64,000 nt of DNA, taken from positions 1,797-65,796 of the forward strand of contig JAOAJK010000008.1 of the NCBI GenBank assembly GCA_026414225.1, written 5' to 3'. Positions 53,646-61,065 of this stretch are shown here, piece after piece. The DNA comes from Thermoplasmata archaeon. Lineage in GTDB: Archaea > Thermoplasmatota > Thermoplasmata > Lutacidiplasmatales > SKW197. Position 1 is the first letter of the stretch; every line of letters begins with the position of its first letter. A model generated the notes under the pieces. The model worked only from the letters and a program-made list of their open reading frames with translations, was not told where the DNA came from and did no database searches. Both the position numbers and the translations under genes were made by a program.

Positions 53646-54215
53646 ATGGTGGAAATTACAGAGGGCTGGTGCAAAGCAGGTTTATTTCACGCAAATCTGG
53701 AATACATAAAGAAGAAAAGAGGGGGCGAGGGCCTCCACCGTCTAGATAAGAAACTTGGTGAACTGGGAATTTCCCTAACTCAAATCAGAACGATGCGGAC
53801 CCATGACCATGTGCCCCTCAGTGTTAGGGCAAAATTCCTGGACGCCTGTCTGGATGTATTTGACGGAAACCTGGAGAGAATAAAGGAAATGGGCAGAGAG
53901 GCACCCCGTGTGTCGTCGCTGATAAAGATGATTCTACCTTACTTTCTCACAATCAACTATACACTGAAACACGCCCCAGGCCTCTGGAAGGAGCATTACT
54001 CCGTGGGTGAACTCGTGGTTCTTGAAAATGAACCAGATCATGCACGGCTCGCTCTGAAAAATTTCAGGTCCACTAGGTTGATGTGCGTTTATTTCACAGG
54101 GTATTTTGTTGGCGTGGGTGACCTGTGCAAGGCGAAGAACATGGTCTGCACAGAAGTAAAGTGTGTTCATGACGGGGATGACTGGTGCGAGTATGCTTTT
54201 AAGTGGGATGTTTGA
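53646..54215 (+). CDS. V4R-like small-molecule-binding domain protein, copy 2 (tandem paralog)
   Basis: 189 aa, collinear with copy 1 along its full length (ITEG.C.AG......LEYIKKK.G.EGL..LDK...FLDACL.VFDGN.E.I.EMGREAP...). Confidence 0.6.
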   Translation: MVEITEGWCKAGLFHANLEYIKKKRGGEGLHRLDKKLGELGISLTQIRTMRTHDHVPLSVRAKFLDACLDVFDGNLERIKEMGREAPRVSSLIKMILPYFLTINYTLKHAPGLWKEHYSVGELVVLENEPDHARLALKNFRSTRLMCVYFTGYFVGVGDLCKAKNMVCTEVKCVHDGDDWCEYAFKWDV

Positions 54216-54227
54216 TTGTGCAGATGT

Positions 54228-56786
54228 TTAGTTTCGCAATCTTTCAATCTCCCTCGCTACCTTTTTCTGCATAATTTTGTTCCCGCTCTGCTGGAAATAT
54301 CCTCTCACCTCTCCCAGCAACTTCGCCGCCTCCTCCTTCTTCCCCCAGTCAATATACAGCTGGGCCAGCTCAAATTTAACATTGTTTATACTTTCTGGCA
54401 ATTCAATCTCTGAGTACATCCGCAGTGACGCGAGATACCTTTTCTCCGATTCTGGATAATTACCTGCGTAACGAAAAACCTCAGCCATACCCGCTAACGC
54501 ATCAGCAATAAAATCCTGGCTGCCTGTCTCTTCAGCCGCATCCACAGCTCGCTGGGCGAGCTCCATTGCCTTATCAATCTTTCCCTGGCTTGCAAGGCAT
54601 GTGGATATGCTGTTTAAGATTGCCGAAACCATCTTCTTATCGTCTATTTCTGCAGCAATTTCGTATGCCCTCTGATAATACTCAAGTGCGGCCCCAGGAT
54701 CCTCCACCTTCTGGTAAACACTCCCAATGTTGAAGAGGGCAAGGGCAGTGCTTCCCTTCTCACCAGTTCTTTCTGCAATCTCAAGATACTTCTTAAAAAA
54801 TTCGATGGTCTTTTCCGGTTCCTCGCAGATGCGATAGTAAATAACCCCGATATTGTTGTAAACGCTAGCAACACCATCGAGGTCTCCGATTTCCTCGTAA
54901 ATTTTCTTTGAAATTTCAAAAAATTCCATGGCTTTCTGATACTCGCCCAGGTCGTCATAAACCCCGCCAAGATTGTGGTACGAGCCGGCAATCCCTTTCT
55001 TGAGATTGTACTTCTTCCTGATTTCGAGAGAACGCTCCAGGTAATCAATCGCCTCCCTTATTTTTCCAATGTACCACAAGGCAACACCCATTCTGTTATA
55101 TACCTCTCCCATTGCAATCTCATCACCCGCTTTTTCTGATAAACCTATGCTCTCCCTGTAATTTTCTACCGCCTTGATGAACTCACCCTTCGTTTCATAC
55201 ACCCAGCCCTTATTCCGCAAAATCTCACTTCTCAGGCAATATGCATCTGGCTCTGCCTCATCTTCTGCCCTCTCCAGGTGCGCCATACTCTCGGCAAAAT
55301 CTCCCTTTTTAAGATACGGCAGACCCAATTTCATCAGAAATCTTGCCCTCTCGTTTCTTTCAAGTGGCAACCGCAGAACCTCCTCGAGAACCTGGATCTC
55401 CCTGTCATACTCTGCCAGTATGTAATAACAATCCGCAAGCATATCATAAACCTTCAGGGTCTCCTCTCTCAATTCGCTGCTCGCCCCCAGAACCTCAAGC
55501 CCCTTTTTTGCATCCAGCAACTCCTTCAGGCATTCCGCAATTGCGAAATTTCTAAGGGTAAACTCTGCAGAGATTCTCTTGAACTTAACCCCATTCCTTA
55601 TTTCTCCGCCCAGCAGGTAATGCCTGCCAATCTCTCCAGCATATTTTGGATTTCCCCCATAAATTTGCTCCAGCACTGCAGCCGCTCTCGCATGGAGAAT
55701 TCGCTTCCTTGTGCCTATGATTTCACCGTAAACGACCTCATAAACAGGGTTGTGGACGAATCTGTAGACCTCATCCCCTTTTTCGGATTCCTCAAGATAA
55801 TCGATAGCAATCAACTTATCGAGAATATCCAGCAATTTATTTTCCTCGATATCCACAAGTTTTTTCATTACCCTGTACTCAAACTCCCTTCCGAGGATTG
55901 CACAGGTCTTCAGTACCTTCTTTGTCTCTTCATCCAGTTTTGCAAATCTGTACAGAATCATCGTCTTTATGGTTTCTGGCAGCTCAATCTTTTCAATCTC
56001 CAGTGCCCCCAGATTCTTTCCGCTGCTGAAAAATCCCTGTTCCAGGAGGACTTTTCCCATCTCCTGAACAAACAGGGGATTGCCCTCGGTTCTCCTATAA
56101 ATTTCTTTCACAATTTTGTCGGGCAGATTTCCTGCACCAGTAATTGCATTCAATATCTCTGCCACACCTCCTTCAGCCAACGGCCTGAGCTCAATCGTTT
56201 CTGCAACCCGTTCGATGTTTATGTTCTGCACTGTTTTCGTAAACTGATTTACCTGGCCAGTTCTCATACTTTCAATCTGGTATGCAATCACAGCAACGAG
56301 GGACAGCCTTCTCACATTCCTGGCTAGATAGTGAACAAACCCCAAAGTGCCTGAATCCGCCCATTGAAAATCATCGAGGGCAAGAAGAACTGGCTTTGTT
56401 CTCATGATGCGTTCAAACGCCCGCAAATAATTTTCAAAGATTCTGTTTTGCTCCCTGAACGGATTCGCAGAATACAGCGGGGTCTGTTCAATCCCTGATA
56501 GCCCAATTGGTAGATAGGTGGACTCATTCTCCTTCGAAATTCTCGTCAGTGCATCATCTAATGGGAGAAACGGGCTGCTTTTTTCATCAATGCAATTTCC
56601 AGAAAGGACTGCGAAGCCCGTATCTCTGGCAACGCTGCAAATCTCCTGAACTAGCCGGGTTTTTCCGATACCCGAAGCCCCTGTAATAAAATAGATTCTT
56701 CCCCTCCCTGACCTTGCATCGTCCATTCCAGTTCTGATAGTTTCCATTTCTTTTTCTCTTCCAAAGAGAGGAAGGTCCATGGACAC
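54228..56786 (-). CDS. STAND-like AAA (AAA_16-type) NTPase with C-terminal TPR array
   Basis: LFGREKEMETI...YFITGASGIGKTRL (Walker A), VLLALDDFQWAD (Walker B), then a wHTH-like linker and about 10 TPR units of 40 aa. Confidence 0.8.
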   Translation of the reverse strand: MSMDLPLFGREKEMETIRTGMDDARSGRGRIYFITGASGIGKTRLVQEICSVARDTGFAVLSGNCIDEKSSPFLPLDDALTRISKENESTYLPIGLSGIEQTPLYSANPFREQNRIFENYLRAFERIMRTKPVLLALDDFQWADSGTLGFVHYLARNVRRLSLVAVIAYQIESMRTGQVNQFTKTVQNINIERVAETIELRPLAEGGVAEILNAITGAGNLPDKIVKEIYRRTEGNPLFVQEMGKVLLEQGFFSSGKNLGALEIEKIELPETIKTMILYRFAKLDEETKKVLKTCAILGREFEYRVMKKLVDIEENKLLDILDKLIAIDYLEESEKGDEVYRFVHNPVYEVVYGEIIGTRKRILHARAAAVLEQIYGGNPKYAGEIGRHYLLGGEIRNGVKFKRISAEFTLRNFAIAECLKELLDAKKGLEVLGASSELREETLKVYDMLADCYYILAEYDREIQVLEEVLRLPLERNERARFLMKLGLPYLKKGDFAESMAHLERAEDEAEPDAYCLRSEILRNKGWVYETKGEFIKAVENYRESIGLSEKAGDEIAMGEVYNRMGVALWYIGKIREAIDYLERSLEIRKKYNLKKGIAGSYHNLGGVYDDLGEYQKAMEFFEISKKIYEEIGDLDGVASVYNNIGVIYYRICEEPEKTIEFFKKYLEIAERTGEKGSTALALFNIGSVYQKVEDPGAALEYYQRAYEIAAEIDDKKMVSAILNSISTCLASQGKIDKAMELAQRAVDAAEETGSQDFIADALAGMAEVFRYAGNYPESEKRYLASLRMYSEIELPESINNVKFELAQLYIDWGKKEEAAKLLGEVRGYFQQSGNKIMQKKVAREIERLRN

Positions 56787-56833
56787 AGGAACACCTTGAA
56801 TTAGAAATAGATTTTCCTGGTGGAAAAGGGCTT

Positions 56834-57808
56834 TTAGGATTTCTTTGTGAATACATCCGGGTTAACTATCTGGTCTGGTGTTTCCCCCTTCAACGCCTTC
56901 ACAAGCTGGGTTGCGGCCATGATTGCCATGTTTGTCCTTGTCCTGGTGGTTGCGCTTCCGATGTGGGGGGCAAGCACAACATTTTCCATCTCATACAGCT
57001 CCTCCGTAACTGCTGGCTCAAATTCATATACATCCAGTGCAGCACCTGCAATCACACCCTCCTTCAGGCATCGCACGAGGGCTTTTTCATCCACGCACTG
57101 CCCTCTAGCCGTGTTTATCAGGTAAGCGGACTTTTTCATCATTCTGAGGCGACGCTCGTCCATCAGGTGATAGGTATCACGGGTCAACGGGATATGGAGG
57201 GTCACAAAGTCCGACTCACGCACCAGATCGTCAATTTCAAGCTTTATTCCACCCATCTCCTCAATCTCTCTATTTGGCTTCCTGCTCGCATAAAGGATTT
57301 CCATTCCAAAACCTTTTGCCCTTCTGGCCACTGCAGTCCCGATCTTGCCAGCCCCTATAATTCCTACCGTGCTTCCGTGGACATCGGTCCCGAGCAGGAG
57401 TGTGGGTGCCCAGCCAGTAAACGCTCGCCTTCGCATCAATCTATCTCCTTCAGGAATCCGTCTTGCCACAGCGAGAAGCAACCCGAATGCCAGGTCTGCG
57501 GTGGTTTCCGTCAGTGCCGAGGGTGCGTTGGTGACAACAATTCCCTTTTTCGTGGCATGGGCGACATCGATATGGTTCACGCCAGCAGAATAGGTGGAGA
57601 TTGCCCTGAGCTTAGCGCACGCGTCCATCACCTCGGCATCGATTGTATCTGTAAGGAGACAGAGCAGACCCTCTTTGTCCCTCGCGCCGGCAATTATCTC
57701 TGCTTTGGTAGGAATCCGCTCTTCTGGGAAAACCTCAACCTTGCACTCTTTCTCAAGAATTTCCATGCCCTCTTCCGGAATTTTTCTTGTAACAAACACA
57801 TTATACAT
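56834..57808 (-). CDS. gyaR: glyoxylate/hydroxypyruvate reductase (D-2-hydroxyacid dehydrogenase family)
   Basis: GIIGAGKIGTAVARRAKGFGM NAD fold; INTARG...ALDVYE.EP...APHIGSAT catalytic R/E/H pattern. Confidence 0.85.
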   Translation of the reverse strand: MYNVFVTRKIPEEGMEILEKECKVEVFPEERIPTKAEIIAGARDKEGLLCLLTDTIDAEVMDACAKLRAISTYSAGVNHIDVAHATKKGIVVTNAPSALTETTADLAFGLLLAVARRIPEGDRLMRRRAFTGWAPTLLLGTDVHGSTVGIIGAGKIGTAVARRAKGFGMEILYASRKPNREIEEMGGIKLEIDDLVRESDFVTLHIPLTRDTYHLMDERRLRMMKKSAYLINTARGQCVDEKALVRCLKEGVIAGAALDVYEFEPAVTEELYEMENVVLAPHIGSATTRTRTNMAIMAATQLVKALKGETPDQIVNPDVFTKKS

Positions 57809-57850
57809 GAAAACAGGTAAGGAATATGGGTATAACAGGGTTTTGGTTGA

Positions 57851-60800
57851 CTATGGTTTTCCGTTCTGTCTGCCCGAGAGTTGAGAGTGCTGGAGCAGTT
57901 CTGCAAATTTATCAGACCATGTGCCAGTGTTTTTTTCACTGGAGATTTTGAGGGCTTTTCCGAGGTAATCCATCGCCTTTTCTACATTGCCAGGTTTCTG
58001 CTGTTTCAGCAACATCAAACAGTACTCGTAACATGTCTTCGCAAACTCGAGGAGCATATTCATTTTCCAGTAGAGAGAAAGGGCTTTTTCAAATGCTGCC
58101 TCTGCATCCTCAAACAACCCTTCCTCCCTCCTAACTATTCCCAGTGTCCTGCGATACTCCGCCTCCAAACTTTCCGAACCGATTTCAGAGACAATTGTTC
58201 CCGCCTTGCCCACACACTCCAGAGCTTTTTCCAGTTTCTGCTGCTTGGCTAGAACTTCCGCAAGGCCATTGAACCCGACGCACAGCAGTTCCTTAGAACC
58301 AGATTTTTCAGCAATTCCGAGGGCTTTCTCGTAGTAGGTTTTTGCCTCCTCCATTTTGTTCATTCTTTTACAAAGATTGCCCAGGTTTATGTAAGAAAGG
58401 GAAAGCCCATAACTATCGCCGATATTTTCCCGCAAAACCACACTCCGTGTGAGATACCTTTCGGCATTCCCGAAATCCCATTTTTCCATATAAATGCTGC
58501 CCAGTGCATTATATATGAGCGCCACACCGTGAGTGTCACCTATCCTCTCCTTTATTACCAGTCCCTTTTCATAAAACCGAAGTGCCTGGTCCAAGTCACC
58601 CTTATCAAAATGCACACTTCCGATATTTATGTAAGAAAGCCCGATTCCGTAGGTGTCACCGATTTTTTTCGCGATTTCCATGCTCTTCTCAAAGTTTTTG
58701 AGGGCAAGATCCAGTTCCCCTTTTCCGTAGTACACAATACCCAGGTTATTAGAGGACTTGCCAATTCCCTCTATATCATTTATGTCTTCAGAAATCTCCA
58801 ATGACTGGGTAAGAAGGTTTATTGCTTCCTTATCATCCCCGAGGTACATCCTGATAGTCCCCATTCTCCGGTAAATCAGTCCAATTTCTTTTTTGTTTTC
58901 GTCCCGCCTGCACATTTCAAGAGCTTTTTCTAATTTCTCGAGGGCCCTATCATACTCACCCTTTCGCATATAGACCAGTCCCTCAAACGAAAGGATTATA
59001 CTCATCTCCCTGGATTCTCCTGCAACCAGTTCCTCTGCCTTTGTGCAGAAGTTCATCGCCTCATCAAATCTACCCATCTTTTCATACACTTCTCCAATTC
59101 TCCTGTGGAGCACCCCTAACTTTTTCAAATCTGGGAGTTGGATTCGTTTGAGCTCTTCAATAGCTTCTGAAAAACATGCTATCGCGTTTTCATAATTTCC
59201 GTTGAGACCGTGAATTTCACCGAGTTTCTCCAGGCACTCTACATATCGGTCCCGCTGTTTTTCTTTCTCAATACATTCAATAGCGTGCCTGTAAAAACTT
59301 GCTGCTTCCCTCACCGCAAAATTTTCCAGGGCCCTGTTTCCAGCTGCGAGGAGATGGGGCAGTGCCCTCTCTTTCAACCCTGCGGAATAATAATGGATTC
59401 CAAGCATGGGTGCCACTGCATCCAGGTTTCCCCTGTGCTGCTCCTCGATATAACTGGCAATCAGTCCATGATACTCCTTTCGAAGTTCGGGATTCAGCGA
59501 TTCATAGATTGTTTCCCGTATTTTCGTATGGTCAAACCGGTACTGGTCACCGGCAGGATGAATCAGTTTATACTCCCTCTCAAGGGTGTTCAGCATCTTG
59601 AGCACAGTTATCCTGGGCATCCCGGCAACATGTTCAATTGTTTTTGAATGAAAGTGCTCGCCTTCCACCGCCGCTATTTCGAGAATGTCTCTGTGCGCCT
59701 CTTCCAGATGGTTGATTCTGTATTCTATTACACTCTGGACTTTTTCGGGAATCTTGATTTTGTTGATATCCAGCGGTTTTTCAAGAATGTATTGTTGCTG
59801 GTTATCGTCGTAAAATATGACCCTCTCCTCAAGGAGCAATTTAAAAACTTCCAGTATGAACAGGGGATTACCCTCGGTTTCCCTGTATATTGTATCCAGA
59901 AAACTCTCTTCGAGATATTTGATTTTCCCGAAATGTGCCTCCAGAAGCAGGAGGGTCTCTTCCTTTGTAAACCTGGATAATTCTATTTTCTTCACCAGTC
60001 CCTCCCTGTCCATCAAGCGAATCGTTTCTGCGAGAGGATGGGGTTTTCCATCCCAACCGGTTGTGATGTCTTCAGTCCTGTATGTGCCTATCAGGAGAAC
60101 AGGCAAATTTCTGAGATTTCTGGCAAGGTAGTGAATCAGGGCGAGCGTGGATGGGTCTGCCCACTGCAAGTCGTCGATGAAAAGAAACAGAGGATTCCTT
60201 TTGGCTTCCCTCCTTAACCCCGAAAGAATGTTCTCGTATATCCTGTTAAGCTTGAGTTTAGGATCATCCAGTTCTTTCGAATAATCAATTCCATCGTACT
60301 TGCCAGAACCTACCATTGATTTTAAAATTTCATCAATTCTCTGCACCTTCTCTACATCCCCACGCCAGTTTTTGAGAACCTCGCCAAATTCTTTTTCTAC
60401 CTCCCTGTGGACTTCTTCCATGTCCTCCTTCAAAAATTCATCCGGTTCCCCGCGAACTATCGCCACAAGGTTCACGGCTTGACCCTTGTTTATCAATATT
60501 GTCCAGTCGCCATATCCTAACCTGTTGAGGGCGTGGTGTTCTTCAGTTTCCTTTTTATCCAGCATTGACAGGGTGTCCCTGACAAAGTTGTTAACCGCGG
60601 TTATCATCCCTGCAAAGATGTCTGAATCCAGCGAGGAAATTGCCCGCTCATACTTCGATACCAGAAGTCCTGCGTCATTCATGAAATATGCACATTCCAG
60701 TTTGGGCGGGGGTTTGTCTACCACCAGAGATTCCAGCCCTGCGGTTCGTAATGCCTCTCTCACAGACATGTAGGGTACAATTGCGTCCTTTACACAGTAA

Positions 60801-60994
60801 CCCGCCAGCACTTTGTAGTTTTTTGCCACGGCGTACTCGGTTAGCTTGCTGACAAGGGTGGTCTTTCCGATTCCGGCCTCACCACCGATAAGCACACAGC
60901 CCGCCTCCCCAGTCAAGGCTGCATCTACATATTGCTTGAGCAAGATGTGCTCTTTCTCACGGGCGACAAACACTGCGCTCATGGTCTGAAACAT
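57851..60994 (-). CDS. STAND-like AAA NTPase + TPR array, with ~140-aa insertion between Walker A and Walker B
   Basis: FVAREKEHILL...LIGGEAGIGKTTL, an insertion (ECAYFMNDAGLLVSKYE...IFAGMITAVNNFVRDTL...WTILINKGQAVNLVAIVRGEP...), LFLFIDDLQWAD, then a long TPR array. Confidence 0.8.
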   Translation of the reverse strand: MFQTMSAVFVAREKEHILLKQYVDAALTGEAGCVLIGGEAGIGKTTLVSKLTEYAVAKNYKVLAGYCVKDAIVPYMSVREALRTAGLESLVVDKPPPKLECAYFMNDAGLLVSKYERAISSLDSDIFAGMITAVNNFVRDTLSMLDKKETEEHHALNRLGYGDWTILINKGQAVNLVAIVRGEPDEFLKEDMEEVHREVEKEFGEVLKNWRGDVEKVQRIDEILKSMVGSGKYDGIDYSKELDDPKLKLNRIYENILSGLRREAKRNPLFLFIDDLQWADPSTLALIHYLARNLRNLPVLLIGTYRTEDITTGWDGKPHPLAETIRLMDREGLVKKIELSRFTKEETLLLLEAHFGKIKYLEESFLDTIYRETEGNPLFILEVFKLLLEERVIFYDDNQQQYILEKPLDINKIKIPEKVQSVIEYRINHLEEAHRDILEIAAVEGEHFHSKTIEHVAGMPRITVLKMLNTLEREYKLIHPAGDQYRFDHTKIRETIYESLNPELRKEYHGLIASYIEEQHRGNLDAVAPMLGIHYYSAGLKERALPHLLAAGNRALENFAVREAASFYRHAIECIEKEKQRDRYVECLEKLGEIHGLNGNYENAIACFSEAIEELKRIQLPDLKKLGVLHRRIGEVYEKMGRFDEAMNFCTKAEELVAGESREMSIILSFEGLVYMRKGEYDRALEKLEKALEMCRRDENKKEIGLIYRRMGTIRMYLGDDKEAINLLTQSLEISEDINDIEGIGKSSNNLGIVYYGKGELDLALKNFEKSMEIAKKIGDTYGIGLSYINIGSVHFDKGDLDQALRFYEKGLVIKERIGDTHGVALIYNALGSIYMEKWDFGNAERYLTRSVVLRENIGDSYGLSLSYINLGNLCKRMNKMEEAKTYYEKALGIAEKSGSKELLCVGFNGLAEVLAKQQKLEKALECVGKAGTIVSEIGSESLEAEYRRTLGIVRREEGLFEDAEAAFEKALSLYWKMNMLLEFAKTCYEYCLMLLKQQKPGNVEKAMDYLGKALKISSEKNTGTWSDKFAELLQHSQLSGRQNGKP

Positions 60995-61065
60995 AATCGC
61001 TTGCCTGTATAATAATCTTTATGCTGTCAACAATCCTTAAATATCCGCACCATTTATAATCCTGA

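Noticed and set aside
55278-57820. Long plus-strand ORFs (349 aa at 55278 and 285 aa at 56963)
   Set aside because: They are antisense to the STAND/TPR gene and to gyaR respectively, both of which have strong motif support.
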